DNA of 64,000 bases from an uncultured delta proteobacterium (GCA_963745835.1 CAVUZH010000013.1:64001-128000), one strand, 5' to 3'; numbered from the stretch's first letter, positions 51,201-60,860 are shown. Notes: generated from the letters alone by a model not told the origin. Program-made: numbers and translations.

Positions 51201-51624
51201 TGAGCTCACGGCGCAAGTCTTCAGGGATGAATGGTACGTAACCGGTGATATAGCGACAATCGACGAGGATGGGTTCATACGAATCACGGATCGAATGACT
51301 CGGTTCAGCAAAATCGGCGGTGAAATGGTTCCGCATATGAGGATCGAAGAAATAATAAATCAGATTCTTGGTAGTGCCGCAGCTGTCGTCACAGCCCTAC
51401 CGGATGAGCAACGTGGTGAGAAGCTGATCGCCTTTTACACGCATAACGGCATTAGCAGAGACGAACTCTGGAATAGGCTTAACCAATCAGCACTACCGAA
51501 ACTTTGGATACCGAAAAGAGAGAATCTCTTCACTCTCGAATCCATGCCACTGCTCGGATCGGGGAAAATCGATTTGAGACAAATCAAATTGCTAGCTCAG
51601 CAACAAGCTGAGAAAGCCGAGTAA
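48223..51624 (+). CDS. aas: LplT-MFS / acyltransferase / acyl-ACP synthetase fusion (Aas-type)
   Basis: TQFLGAFNDN MFS domain; NHVSFAD and FAEG (PlsC); FSSGSTGAPKG and EGYGCTE (AMP-binding). Confidence 0.92.
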   Translation: MTNGRYIGTLKQAGFFAFFCTQFLGAFNDNFYKIVVSLVALNAASPQSDSLYVDLIAFLFILPSALFSGYAGHLADVYSKRSILVAVKCFEIVIMGMGFAAFLSGYVEPMLVIVFLMGLHSAFFSPAKYAILPEMLPETELSRGNGLLEMSTFMAIILGVSLGGAIYSIWEDQLPMVGLIMIAIAVLGTLASLKISPVPASGSTKSFNLNPFGEIWHGIKRLYPDRPLRLTVIGISYFWFLGALVQLAMLFFGKELLELDELHISLLGTFLAIGIGIGSLAAGKLSGDKIELGLVPLGSISMGFCLLLVSYSASSYFYTSASLVLLGFSGGLFAVPLNALLQHRSGREEKGQLIATNNFFNTIGIILAAAIHWVLNSGLQLSPDWIVFLIGILTLMATAIVLLVLPDYFVRLVAWLLTHTLYRIRIAGEENAPLRSPALLVSNHVSFADALLIGACLPGFVRFMLHRDYYENQWLNWFFRLMKAIPIRATHRRDVVNSLKQARQELEAGHVVCIFAEGAITRTGHILPFKRGFEKIVEGTGAPIIPVHLDQVWGSVFSFHGGRFFWKWPKLFPYPVTVSFGKPLPANSTANEVRQNVLELASEAVRYRRQPADLLPAKFVQMAKRRWFSFCMADTTGTELTFGKALIGSMMLSRWVGEHCQEDRMVGVMLPASVGGALANIAIMLAGKVPVNLNFTAGQDAMLSAIKQCGIKTILTSRLFLTKASLDEMPGMVFLEEVRKTFTAALKIVTAAKAALLPAGYLNRNVTNNAAPEDLATVIFSSGSTGAPKGVMLSHSNILSNVEGICQVIQFTNKDRIMGILPLFHSFGFTATIWLPLLAGFGVVYHPNPMDAKTIGETVQKHQATLLISTPTFYAGYLKRCSPEEFSSLRYAIAGAEKLREQITRGYKEKYGIDLLEGYGCTELAPVVSVNIPDVIDGDEKQIGHKPGSVGHPIPGIAVKVIDPDTELPLACGQEGLLLVKGPNCMLGYLHQPELTAQVFRDEWYVTGDIATIDEDGFIRITDRMTRFSKIGGEMVPHMRIEEIINQILGSAAAVVTALPDEQRGEKLIAFYTHNGISRDELWNRLNQSALPKLWIPKRENLFTLESMPLLGSGKIDLRQIKLLAQQQAEKAE

Positions 51625-51770
51625 AGCCCTCCTGCCCGCCAGTGATCATCGATTACAGCCAGGCACACAATTTAGATATTCCAAGATCTAGGAGTTCCCC
51701 TCCCGGATAAAAACCTAAGATTTGCAAGGGTTTCAAACGCATGCTAGAAATTGCCACACCGGAGGGATGA

Positions 51771-52751
51771 ATGGATTTTGGGAAATTCGCTGATAAGTCG
51801 CTTCAAGGAGAGCTCTTGGAACGGGATGAGATGAAAGCTGTGCTCAATGCAGCCGATGAACAGATTCCGGAGCTGGTCAGCGCAGCTTTTAGAGTCCGTC
51901 ATCATTACTTCGGGAAGCGGGTGCAGATCCACATGCTGCAAAATGCCAAAAGCGGTTTATGCCCGGAGGACTGCCACTACTGCTCTCAGTCGTCGGTTTC
52001 CGAGGCTGCCATCGAGCGCTATCCGTTTCTTTCCAAAGAACAGCTGGTGGAAAGCGCCAAGCGGGCCAAAGAAGCCGGCGCAGTGCGCTACTGTATTGTT
52101 AACAGCGGCCGGGGTCCCACCCATAAAGAGATCGAGCAGATCGCCGAAGCAGTTAAAGAAATTCGCGCAAAAGTCGGCATCAACATCTGCTGCTCATTGG
52201 GTTTGATGAGCGAGGATAAGATTCGCAGCCTTAAAGAGGCCGGCGTCGGCCGTATCAATCACAACCTCAATACCAGCCGCGAACACCATCCCGAAATTGT
52301 GACAACCCACACCTACGATGACCGCGTTGCGACTGTTGAAAACGTCAAGTCCGCAGGTGTCGGCACGTGCTCCGGCGGCATCATCGGCATGGGTGAAAGC
52401 GACGACGACATCATCAATCTTGCGATTACTCTCCGCGCCATGGATATCGAGTCAATCCCGGTAAACTTTTTGCATTCCATCCCCAAAACTCCTTTTGAAG
52501 CCAAGAGACAGCTGACTCCGCAAAAGTGTTTGAAGACGCTTTGCCTGTTCCGCTTCGTAAATCCAAGCAAAGAAATTCGTGTAGCCGGCGGAAGAGAGAT
52601 CAATCTACGCTCGCTTCAGCCGCTGAGTCTCTATCCAGCAAATTCGATCTTCGTCAATGGTTATCTAACGACTCCGGGTCAAGAAGCGTCCGATGCGCAT
52701 CGCATGATCGAAGATCTCGGCTTCGAGCTCGATCAACCCGCGCCAATTTAA
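51771..52751 (+). CDS. bioB: Biotin synthase
   Basis: CPEDCHYCSQS radical-SAM motif, NHNLNTS, CSGGIIGMGE, PVNFL. Confidence 0.95.
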   Translation: MDFGKFADKSLQGELLERDEMKAVLNAADEQIPELVSAAFRVRHHYFGKRVQIHMLQNAKSGLCPEDCHYCSQSSVSEAAIERYPFLSKEQLVESAKRAKEAGAVRYCIVNSGRGPTHKEIEQIAEAVKEIRAKVGINICCSLGLMSEDKIRSLKEAGVGRINHNLNTSREHHPEIVTTHTYDDRVATVENVKSAGVGTCSGGIIGMGESDDDIINLAITLRAMDIESIPVNFLHSIPKTPFEAKRQLTPQKCLKTLCLFRFVNPSKEIRVAGGREINLRSLQPLSLYPANSIFVNGYLTTPGQEASDAHRMIEDLGFELDQPAPI

Positions 52752-52826
52752 GCATAGCGCATTGGTTCTCGATGCTGCCGATGAATTCCACGGTTGATTG
52801 CGCATAGCTCATCGAACCCGAGTTGG

Positions 52827-53564
52827 TTATTTGCCGGTGACCCTCGGCGCAATCGAGACGCCCTGAACACCCGTTTTCTCGAGCGCTTGGGCAACCAGCC
52901 CGGAAGCCTTTACATCCTCGATGAATTCACGAAGGTAGCTTATGCCGGCCTCACGCCCTTTTGGAATGCCGAGCGCCTGCTGAATCGCCATGAACCGGCC
53001 GTCGAGCACACGGGATCCGGGAAGCTTCGCCGTGTTCGCTACCAGATGTTGTCTCACACCGCCGAGCGCGTCAACCTTGCCTGCGAGGATTAAATCAAAC
53101 GCCGCCTCAGGGCTGGAGGCTCGCACCAGTTGAGCGTGTTTTAGATTCCGGCTCAAAAACAAGTCGTAGGCGCTCTTACTTGAGACACCAACCCGAACAT
53201 CCTCACGGTCAACATCTGCAATGGCGACAAGCGCCGAGCCCGGCGGCAGAAGGTAGGTACCTTCGATCTCTATGTAGGGGGCAGTGAAATTGATTTCCTG
53301 TTCACGTCCGGGGTCGACCGCCAGGAACGCGACATCCCAAGCAGCGGCTTGTAATCCTTCAACCATTTTTCCGGCCGATTCAAAGCCAACCAGCTCGACC
53401 GGCAGATTAGTCCGTCTGCCAAGTTCGCGTGCCAGATCAACAGCTACGCCACTCAGCTGCCCGCTGGTCCGATCTCTCGTCGCCAGCACCGGATTTCCAT
53501 AGTTGATGCCGACGCGCAGTTTCCCTGTCGGCGCGAGATCAAGATGAAGAGAGGATAAATTCAT
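52827..53564 (-). CDS. PBP2 amino-acid-type substrate-binding protein
   Basis: LAPTGKLRVGIN, WDVAFLAVDP, FIEDVKASG. Confidence 0.85.
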   Translation of the reverse strand: MNLSSLHLDLAPTGKLRVGINYGNPVLATRDRTSGQLSGVAVDLARELGRRTNLPVELVGFESAGKMVEGLQAAAWDVAFLAVDPGREQEINFTAPYIEIEGTYLLPPGSALVAIADVDREDVRVGVSSKSAYDLFLSRNLKHAQLVRASSPEAAFDLILAGKVDALGGVRQHLVANTAKLPGSRVLDGRFMAIQQALGIPKGREAGISYLREFIEDVKASGLVAQALEKTGVQGVSIAPRVTGK

Positions 53565-53897
53565 AGAATAGCCGCCTTTACCTTAGTGAATTTGCTGGAC
53601 GAAGTTACTGGTTACGGGAAACGCGGTCAAGCTCGATAGTGTCGTCTGATGAATGATCATGGAACAAAAGTTGAAAATGTCCGCTACTGAACTGCTCGTA
53701 GGATGCTCTCGATCGCGCGATTTGGTCGCGTTTGGCGTGATTCAATGAGCAAGAGCATTTTTACGTTGCGGTCGCAGCTTATGTTTAACGTCGAGCCTTC
53801 GCTGCTGATACTGAACTGAACTCGAAACATTGAGTTCGATCACCTCAACTTATATGCTGGTCGCGTGCGCCCGGACGGACAAATTTGAGGTAGTGAG

Positions 53898-54650
53898 ATG
53901 CAGCTGGAACAATTCTCCGCGCAGATACGAAGCCACCGCAATATTGTATTTTTCACTGGCGCGGGCATCAGCACCGAGTCCGGTGTGCCAGATTTTCGTA
54001 GCCCGGGGGGTGTCTGGACCAAATACCAACCGGTTTATTTTCAAGATTTCTTAGCCAGCGAAGCCGCGCGCATTCAGCATTGGCGGTTGAAGAAAGCGAC
54101 TTACGAGCTCTTCAAGACCGTCAGGCCGAACATTGGCCACCATGCGATCCGCGACTTCGAACAGCGCGGGCAGCTACTCGGCCTGATCACCCAAAATATC
54201 GACGGGCTGCACAAGCTCGCCGGAGTTACCGACGAAAAGCTTGTTGAACTCCATGGGACCGATCGCCTGGTCACCTGCCTCAAGTGCGGCAAGCGCTTTG
54301 CTCCCGCCGACGTTTATGAAAATTTGGCAGAAGTGTTCTCGGCGCCTACCTGCGACGCCTGCGGCGGCTTTCTTAAATCAGCGAATATTTCCTTCGGCCA
54401 ACAAATGCCCGCCGAACCCATGCGTCGAGCGCAAATCTGGACCGAGGCGGCGGATGTTTTCATCGTCGTCGGTTCCTCGCTCCAAGTCCAACCCGCCGCC
54501 TCTTTCCCTGTTATCGCCAAACGCAACGGCGCCTTGCTGGCGATCGTCAACCGCGATGAGACGCCTCTGGATGATATTGCCGACTACGTTTATCACGGCG
54601 GCATCGGCGAATGGTTCGGAAAACTGGGTCCGTTGTTAACCGACGCTTGA
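53898..54650 (+). CDS. cobB: Sir2-family NAD-dependent protein deacylase
   Basis: GAGISTESGVPDFRS, TQNIDGLH, HG, two CxxC, GSSL. Confidence 0.92.
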   Translation: MQLEQFSAQIRSHRNIVFFTGAGISTESGVPDFRSPGGVWTKYQPVYFQDFLASEAARIQHWRLKKATYELFKTVRPNIGHHAIRDFEQRGQLLGLITQNIDGLHKLAGVTDEKLVELHGTDRLVTCLKCGKRFAPADVYENLAEVFSAPTCDACGGFLKSANISFGQQMPAEPMRRAQIWTEAADVFIVVGSSLQVQPAASFPVIAKRNGALLAIVNRDETPLDDIADYVYHGGIGEWFGKLGPLLTDA

Positions 54651-54673
54651 AGCCGATATATTCAGCTTTAGTT

Positions 54674-54874
54674 ATGCGAGCAATATTTGTCCTTACCCTC
54701 ATATTGACTGTGGCCGCTTGCGCAACCGAGCGAACCGTTCTGGTGAACAGTCAAGGCGACCTGCTTACCTGCGAAACCAGCGGTTCGGGATTCTTCGGCG
54801 CTATCTCGGTTCGCAATCAGCAGCAACAATGCATCTCCGATGCCGAGACGCGCGGCTATCGGGTAAAGAATTAG
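54674..54874 (+). CDS. Small lipoprotein
   Basis: MRAIFVLTLILTVAAC lipobox; two further Cys and a C-terminal C...RGY motif. Confidence 0.65.
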   Translation: MRAIFVLTLILTVAACATERTVLVNSQGDLLTCETSGSGFFGAISVRNQQQQCISDAETRGYRVKN

Positions 54875-55133
54875 CGATCTCGCATCCTTGTCGGCGCTGA
54901 CTCCGAATGCGTCCGAGAACAATATTCTTGCCGAACTCCGACAGCCTCTCCGCGCGCACCGCACTCGATCCCGCGGCGCGGTTGCTCGCCCCAGGAGTGC
55001 GATCCTAATTGTTGCTGCTCGCGCCAGCGTGAGATCGCATGAGAGAATTCGGAGGAAGATCGTATTAGGGTTTCCAATCAGAAACTTTGTCTCCAGTTCA
55101 AGACGCTGATGTGCGTTATTGGAGGGCATTGCC

Positions 55134-55544
55134 GTGCAATCGGTGAGCACAATAGAAGGAGGTTGCCTATGCGGCGCGGTTCGGTATCGCGCGTCGGGTC
55201 AGGCCTTCGGGATAACTCATTGCCACTGCCGGACTTGCCGGCGCGCCAGTGGCGCTCCGTTCATGACATGGGCCGGATTCGATAGCGATAAATTCACCTT
55301 TACGCAAGGTCGACCCGCCTCGTATAGATCCTCGGCAAACGTCGTGCGAACGTTCTGCCGCCGCTGCGGTACTGCGCTAAGTTACCAGCGCCTAGATCTA
55401 CCGGCTTCCATCGATGTGACTCTGGGAAGTATGGACGATCCGGAGAAAATAACGCCGGAAGATCATACCTGGACGGAGAACCGGATCTCCTGGATTACAC
55501 TAGATCAGTTACCGGCATACCCACAGGAAAGAAAGACCGACTGA
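55134..55544 (+). CDS. GFA (CENP-V-like) family protein
   Basis: GGCLCGAVRY, CHCRTCRR, FCRRCG; GGAGGG RBS. Confidence 0.9.
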   Translation: MQSVSTIEGGCLCGAVRYRASGQAFGITHCHCRTCRRASGAPFMTWAGFDSDKFTFTQGRPASYRSSANVVRTFCRRCGTALSYQRLDLPASIDVTLGSMDDPEKITPEDHTWTENRISWITLDQLPAYPQERKTD

Positions 55545-55866
55545 TGCGGCTGTCACCCTTCAGAGGCTGCGGTTCTTTCACATGATCGACGCAGGATAAG
55601 GAGGGCAAAATTATGGCCGGTGCAAAAGAATTCATGAAAGAATTCGTGAATGACGTCTTCTGAAATCACCGAACGCGAACAGCGCGGTTTTCCCAGCCCT
55701 GGAATCCGAAGTCTCAATTGATCGGGGTGCATTCGGTCGCGCCCTGGGCTAAAGCAAAGCGGTGTGAGCATCGGGTGCATACCAGCCGGGAAGGAATCGT
55801 TTGTGTGATGAAGCGTAACAGACCGCTTGAAATAGTTTGGATCTTGCGCTCCGTGGGCGTGGAGTT

Positions 55867-56314
55867 TTGAAATCAATCCTTCTTTGGCTCTTGGTTATCA
55901 ACCTGGGCATCGCGTTAGGCGCCGGGCTTTATGAGACGCGAGTCGTTATTCCCCAGTATGCCAACCTGCCCCCTAAAGATTGGCCGAATACCGGGCCTCT
56001 TGTTCTGGGCCTACGTGACGACTGTCCCGCTTACGCTTCTGGCGCTTGCAAACCTCATCGCTGCTTGGTTAGACAAAAGCGTAAGACGCAAATGGTGGTT
56101 GAGCGCGGTATTCATTGTCTTAATAGAGAGGCTTACAACTTTCTCCTATTTCATACCGGCTATGCTCAATCTCGCCGCTTCGGATTTGCCCCATGCGGAG
56201 ATCGCTGCGAGATTATCGCAATGGCTTTTTTTCAATCACGCGCGTCATCTCCTTACCCTCGGGCTGGTTGCTGGCGCTCAAAGCATTGTCGTTAGCAACG
56301 ACGACCAAGTGTAA
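55867..56314 (+). CDS. DUF1772 (anthrone oxygenase-like) membrane protein, frameshifted near 55995 and probably 56262
   Basis: LGIALGAGLYETRVVIP...NTG in one frame; FWAYVTTVPLTLL...TFSYFIP in the next; a third frame gives GWLLALKALS ending at 56336. Confidence 0.6.
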
Positions 56315-56357
56315 TGATCGCAAAAGCACCGGCTAGAAAAGTAAGAAAGGTGCAATC

Positions 56358-56930
56358 ATGAAACTGTACTACAATCCTAAGAGCCGAGCCGTGATCGCGA
56401 AATGGATGCTCGACGAGTGCGCCGCAAAATATGACATCGTGCCCATCGAGTTTGAAAAAGGCGAGCACAAAACACCGGAATTTCTCAGGATCAACCCGGC
56501 CGGAAAGTTGCCGGCCCTAGTCGATGGTGAGTCGAAGATCTTTGAGACTGCGGCGATCTGTCTTTATCTTGCCGACAAGTTTGCCGAAGCCAACCTTGCT
56601 CCCAGGATCGGCGCGCCGGAGCGCGGCCGGTATCTCTCGCTCATGGTTTATTCAACGGCTCAGCTCGAGCCCGCTTTGGGTGACGCAATGCTAGGCCAGA
56701 CCTCGCCGCAGCGCGGCTGGGCGGATTTCGAGAGCGTGCGCAATGTTATCGAAGGCGAACTCGGCGAGGGTCCCTACCTGTTCGGAGAGTGGTTTACCGC
56801 CGCTGACGTGATGATCGGCTCTATGTTCATGTGGAGGCGAATGCTGGGTGGCCAGCCCGATCGTCCCAGGCTTGAAGCCTATGTCGATCGCCTGATCGCG
56901 CGCCCCGTGGCTCCAAAGCTGGGCGGCTAA
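56358..56930 (+). CDS. Glutathione S-transferase family protein
   Basis: SRA, INPAGKLPAL, ETAAICLYL, FTAADV. Confidence 0.92.
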   Translation: MKLYYNPKSRAVIAKWMLDECAAKYDIVPIEFEKGEHKTPEFLRINPAGKLPALVDGESKIFETAAICLYLADKFAEANLAPRIGAPERGRYLSLMVYSTAQLEPALGDAMLGQTSPQRGWADFESVRNVIEGELGEGPYLFGEWFTAADVMIGSMFMWRRMLGGQPDRPRLEAYVDRLIARPVAPKLGG

Positions 56931-57055
56931 CTCTCCAGCATCTCGAGAAGAAGCAGTGCTCGTGATTGTCTTGCCGCCACGACGAACATCCATATCCGTA
57001 GCCGACAGAATCGTTTCTGGGAGCCGTTAAGCCAAACAATTTTAGGAGGAGAACG

Positions 57056-57430
57056 ATGAGTAAAGTTAGTGTCCGATACATCGTCGACGATGTCGATGCG
57101 GCGATTCCCTTCTATACCGGCATGCTCGGCTTTAAACTCGACATGCATCCTGCGCCGGGTTTCGCGAGCCTGTCGCGAGGGGATTTGCAGTTGCTGCTTA
57201 ATCGACCCGGCGCGGGAGGAGCCGGCCAAGCCATGCCGGATAGCCAACGCCCAGCACCGGGTGGATGGAACCGAATCCAAATCGAAGTCGGCGATCTCGA
57301 AGCCACCGCCGAGAAACTGAAGAGTTCCGGAGCACGATTTCGGAACGAGATCGTGACCGGCAACGGAGGCAAGCAAATCCTCGTGGAGGATCCGTCGGGA
57401 AATCCGATCGAGCTGTTTCAGCCCTTCTGA
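57056..57430 (+). CDS. VOC/glyoxalase family protein
   Basis: VRYIVDDV, FYTGMLGF, EDPSGNPIELF. Confidence 0.9.
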   Translation: MSKVSVRYIVDDVDAAIPFYTGMLGFKLDMHPAPGFASLSRGDLQLLLNRPGAGGAGQAMPDSQRPAPGGWNRIQIEVGDLEATAEKLKSSGARFRNEIVTGNGGKQILVEDPSGNPIELFQPF

Positions 57431-57528
57431 CTTCGGTTAACGCGAGTCTGGACGCGTGACGGTTGTAAAGAGGGTGTCGTTTAATAATTTAACCGGCATT
57501 AATTTTCGATAGATAAGGAGATACGAAC

Positions 57529-57906
57529 ATGGCCATCCTCCTGGATCACACCATTGTCCCGGCAAAAGACAAGCTCGCGTCTGCCACGTTCTTCGCGGAA
57601 ATTCTCGGATTGAAGGTGAAGCCGGGCGAAGGATACTTTGCGCAAGTTCAAGTCAACGACAGTCTAACCTTTGACTTTGCCGATGAGACGGAACCTCAGA
57701 GCCATCACTATGCCTTCCACATCAGCGACGCGGAATTTGAGGCGATTTACCAACGGGTGAAGGCCAAAGGACTGCCGTACGGCAGCGGGCCGTACAACCA
57801 CACCGATGGCAAGATCTACACTCGTCGCGGCGGCCGCGGCTTTTACTTCGAAGACCCGAACGGCCACCTGCTCGAAGTGATGACGGTGCGCGAGACGGGC
57901 AGTTGA
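57529..57906 (+). CDS. VOC/glyoxalase family protein
   Basis: LDHTIV, HYAF, YFEDPNGHLLE. Confidence 0.9.
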   Translation: MAILLDHTIVPAKDKLASATFFAEILGLKVKPGEGYFAQVQVNDSLTFDFADETEPQSHHYAFHISDAEFEAIYQRVKAKGLPYGSGPYNHTDGKIYTRRGGRGFYFEDPNGHLLEVMTVRETGS

Positions 57907-57948
57907 GTTTGATTATTCTTGGCCGAACAGCGGCTGAGTGAAGAGAAT

Positions 57949-58356
57949 ATGGCGACCATCCACAAAGAAATCGCAATCGATCGGAGTAAAGAAATCGTTT
58001 GGGACGCTATTCGAGATGTTGGTGCGATCCACAAACGCTTGGTCCCTGGCTTCGTAGTAGACTGTGAACTAGAAGGTGAGTGGCGAACCGTAACGTTTGC
58101 AAACGGCATGGTCGTACGGGAACTCATCGTCGCTGTCGATGAAAAAAACTGCCGCCACGCTTGGTCGGCTCGCGGCGCGCCTCTCACTCATCATAACGCA
58201 TCCGTACAGGTATTCCCGGACAGCGACGAAAAGTGTCGTGTCGTCTGGATAGCGGATTTGATGCCCGATGAGGTGGCCGAAGCTATCGCGGAAATGATTG
58301 AACAAGGATTAAGTAGAATGAAACAAACGCTCGAGGCCGCTCCAACCGCTAGCTGA
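57949..58356 (+). CDS. SRPBCC (polyketide cyclase-like) protein
   Basis: VWDAIRDVG, RTVTF, HHNASVQV. Confidence 0.85.
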   Translation: MATIHKEIAIDRSKEIVWDAIRDVGAIHKRLVPGFVVDCELEGEWRTVTFANGMVVRELIVAVDEKNCRHAWSARGAPLTHHNASVQVFPDSDEKCRVVWIADLMPDEVAEAIAEMIEQGLSRMKQTLEAAPTAS

Positions 58357-58443
58357 CTCCAGCGGAAAAAGCGCCGCAACTCGTCAGAGGACTCTCGCCA
58401 GGGCTCTTGTCGTTGGAAAGGGCAAGGCCGTGAGATCATCCAT

Positions 58444-58477
58444 TTAGCTGTTCGGGCGAATTAGCTGTTCGGGCGAA
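58444..58477. repeat. Perfect 17-bp tandem duplication
   Basis: TTAGCTGTTCGGGCGAA twice, in a convergent intergenic region. Confidence 0.9.
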
Positions 58478-58549
58478 TCGCCATGTCGGCCTAAACATCG
58501 GTAACGCAGATAATTTGAGTTTACCGTAAAAATTCGCCGGCGGCTCGAT

Positions 58550-58927
58550 CTAACTAACCGCGGATCCCGATACGTCGACCATGACGTTGAATCCGCCATA
58601 GACCATGCGCTTAACATCGAAAGGCATAGACTTCGGATCCATCGAACCTGCCAAACGCCGATCTTTCATGACTTTTGCGTTAACCCGGTCGCGATCGGTT
58701 CGCGATTTGAATACAATCCAGGCAAACACTACCGTCTCGCCACGCTTGAGCTTTATTGTTCGCGGAAACGATACCAGCCCGTTCACGTTGAGGTCGTCAC
58801 CGGCGCATTCCCGATACTCGAGCGCGCCATGCTCGCGCCAGATCTTTCCAGCCTTTTGGGCCATGCGCCGGTATGCCTGGAGATTTTTCTTGGGCACCGG
58901 CAATAGAAAACCATCAACATAGCGCAT
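58550..58927 (-). CDS. DUF1428 (YbaA-like) protein
   Basis: YVDGF, EHGALEYRECAGDD, MPFDVKRMVYGGF. Confidence 0.92.
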   Translation of the reverse strand: MRYVDGFLLPVPKKNLQAYRRMAQKAGKIWREHGALEYRECAGDDLNVNGLVSFPRTIKLKRGETVVFAWIVFKSRTDRDRVNAKVMKDRRLAGSMDPKSMPFDVKRMVYGGFNVMVDVSGSAVS

Positions 58928-58959
58928 TCATCGATCCTCCATTGTGATCGAATAGTTCT

Positions 58960-59805
58960 TTAAGCCAGATCAGCCATAGGAGTCATGCTTTCTGCCTTGC
59001 GACAGCGCTCCAGGAGACGAGCGTCTCCGAGCTGCTGCACGCAAGCGGCGAATCCGTCAGTTGGTCCACGCCAGCGGAGCTCGTCGATATTGCGGAACAG
59101 GCACGCGTCCGTCCTGAGCGTCGCCAGCTTCTTGAACAGTAGCGCCATCTCGCGATTATTTCCCAGTACGCTAGATGGAAAATTTTCTATCATGCCGTGC
59201 CGATTGAGCAGCCGTGCAGCCGAGATCGGCCCAATCCCCGCAATGCCCGGAAATCCATCCGCGCTATCGCCGACAAGAGCGAGCAAGTCGGGGATCAAAA
59301 CCGGATCCACCCCGAACTTCTCGCGAACTCCGTCGGCATTGCGCATTTTTTGTGTGCGACGCTCCACCTGCACTATCCGGTCCCCGCGGACGCACTGCGC
59401 CAGGTCTTTGTCGGGCGTCCAAATGCAAATTTTTTCCACGCCTGCGTTTCCGGCGGCGATCTGCGCAGCCGAGGCAAGCGCATCGTCAGCCTCCAATTCA
59501 ATCATCGGCCAGACAGCCACGCCCATTGCGGCCAGTGCTTCTTCGAGCGGATGGAACTGAGCAAGGAGAGCGCGCTCGATACCATCGCCGGTCTTGTATC
59601 CAGGCCAGAGACGATTTCGAAACGACTCGATCACGTGATCGGTCGCCACTCCCACGTGCGTCGCTCCACTCTCAATCATCTGCAGTACTGTATTGAGGAC
59701 GCCAATGACGCCCCCGAAAGGTCGGTCCTCGCCCTTGTTGAAACGGCGCAAGCCGTAGAAGTGGCGGAACAGCTCGTAGGTACCGTCTATGAGATGGATG
59801 ATCAT
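58960..59805 (-). CDS. Standalone 5'-3' exonuclease / flap endonuclease
   Basis: LIDG, EADD, DKD, ALVGDSADGFPGIAGIG (H3TH). Confidence 0.9.
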   Translation of the reverse strand: MIIHLIDGTYELFRHFYGLRRFNKGEDRPFGGVIGVLNTVLQMIESGATHVGVATDHVIESFRNRLWPGYKTGDGIERALLAQFHPLEEALAAMGVAVWPMIELEADDALASAAQIAAGNAGVEKICIWTPDKDLAQCVRGDRIVQVERRTQKMRNADGVREKFGVDPVLIPDLLALVGDSADGFPGIAGIGPISAARLLNRHGMIENFPSSVLGNNREMALLFKKLATLRTDACLFRNIDELRWRGPTDGFAACVQQLGDARLLERCRKAESMTPMADLA

Positions 59806-59963
59806 GGTTGAGGTGAAGTGGCATCCTAAACTGGGCGCGTAACTACAATTGTAAAGCGTGATGCTTTTTTTGCCTTACCCTTCAGCCCGCTAAAATTCAC
59901 CCTCGAGCTGTATGCCGAGCAACGCATCGGAATTGCATACGAACATACTCTTCGGATGCATGC

Positions 59964-60260
59964 TCACTCGCCGCGATCTTCACTCGGAAGTTGACCGCCA
60001 AATCTTCGGACAGCACGCGTCCTTGCTTTAGCAGCCTGTTCCTGCCGAGTCTTCGGGGCTGTTGTCGATTCTAATGAAGCCAGAAGGTGCTTTGAGATCA
60101 TCGCGACCTCATCGACGGCCGAAAAAAATACGGTCTCGTTTGCTTTCGAGGGCTTGTTGTAGCCGCTGATTTTCCGTACAAACTGCAGCGATGCTGCCCG
60201 GATTTCCGAGTCGGTAACCGGCGGCTCAAAATTGAATAGCGTTTTGATGTTTCTACACAT
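59964..60260 (-). CDS. DUF2277 protein
   Basis: MCRNIKTLFNFEPP...AASLQFVRKISG signature. Confidence 0.85.
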   Translation of the reverse strand: MCRNIKTLFNFEPPVTDSEIRAASLQFVRKISGYNKPSKANETVFFSAVDEVAMISKHLLASLESTTAPKTRQEQAAKARTRAVRRFGGQLPSEDRGE

Positions 60261-60446
60261 GGCGTTTGACCTCGAAACGTGCGCTCGTCCAAAACTTCGG
60301 CGCGCGTTCAATCGCAAATCGGCTCTGCCATTAGATAAGGAAGCATTGTCATGCGGTGAAAAGTCCTCGTCGAAAAGCGGATCTCGATTTCGCGGTTTTG
60401 ATCTTCTGCGCCGGATATTTTCCTTGGCGTTCTGCTCTGCTCGAAT

Positions 60447-60860
60447 CTAGGTGCGCTTTGCGCTTGGCTGAAGCCGCGACGGCTGAGCCGATCCGGGATA
60501 CGGCGTCAGACGCCAGCGCCCGTAGGCGACAAAAGCGCATAAAAGACCCACAACGAGCGGCATCAGCGCCATGGCAATATCGCCAGCGAAGATTGTGAAG
60601 ATCACGGCTCCGATCATGATGATCACCAGCCCGGCAGCTGCCAAAGGTGTCAGACCCGGGCGAATTCCCGTTAACCAGGGAACAATCAGGCCGATCGCAC
60701 CTAGCACCTCGATGACGCCGGTGAGACGCAAGAACCAGCCTGGCAGCGCTAGCGGCATTTGCTTCAGCATCTCCTCGATCGGAGTGATCAGCTTCACGCC
60801 ACCGGCGAACAGAAATAGGGCGGCAAGCAACACTTGAAGGATCCACAGTGCAACGTTCAT
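60447..60860 (-). CDS. DoxX-family membrane protein
   Basis: LWILQVLLA, EVLGAIGLIVP, LTPLAAAGL. Confidence 0.9.
   Translation of the reverse strand: MNVALWILQVLLAALFLFAGGVKLITPIEEMLKQMPLALPGWFLRLTGVIEVLGAIGLIVPWLTGIRPGLTPLAAAGLVIIMIGAVIFTIFAGDIAMALMPLVVGLLCAFVAYGRWRLTPYPGSAQPSRLQPSAKRT

Noticed and set aside
51708-51737. Possible BirA operator upstream of bioB (AAAC-N15-GTTT)
   Set aside because: Lacks the conserved TGT/ACA outer bases; too weak to call.
34444-54650. pncB, HDAC and sirtuin as an acylation/NAD module
   Set aside because: They are separated by many unrelated genes on different strands, with no operon evidence.
56980-57009. Minus-strand TGTCGG...GTTCGTC resembling an ECF sigma promoter
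   Set aside because: Points antisense to the flanking genes and is not repeated elsewhere in the array.
58444-58477. CRISPR-like repeat
   Set aside because: Only two adjacent copies, no spacers and no cas genes.
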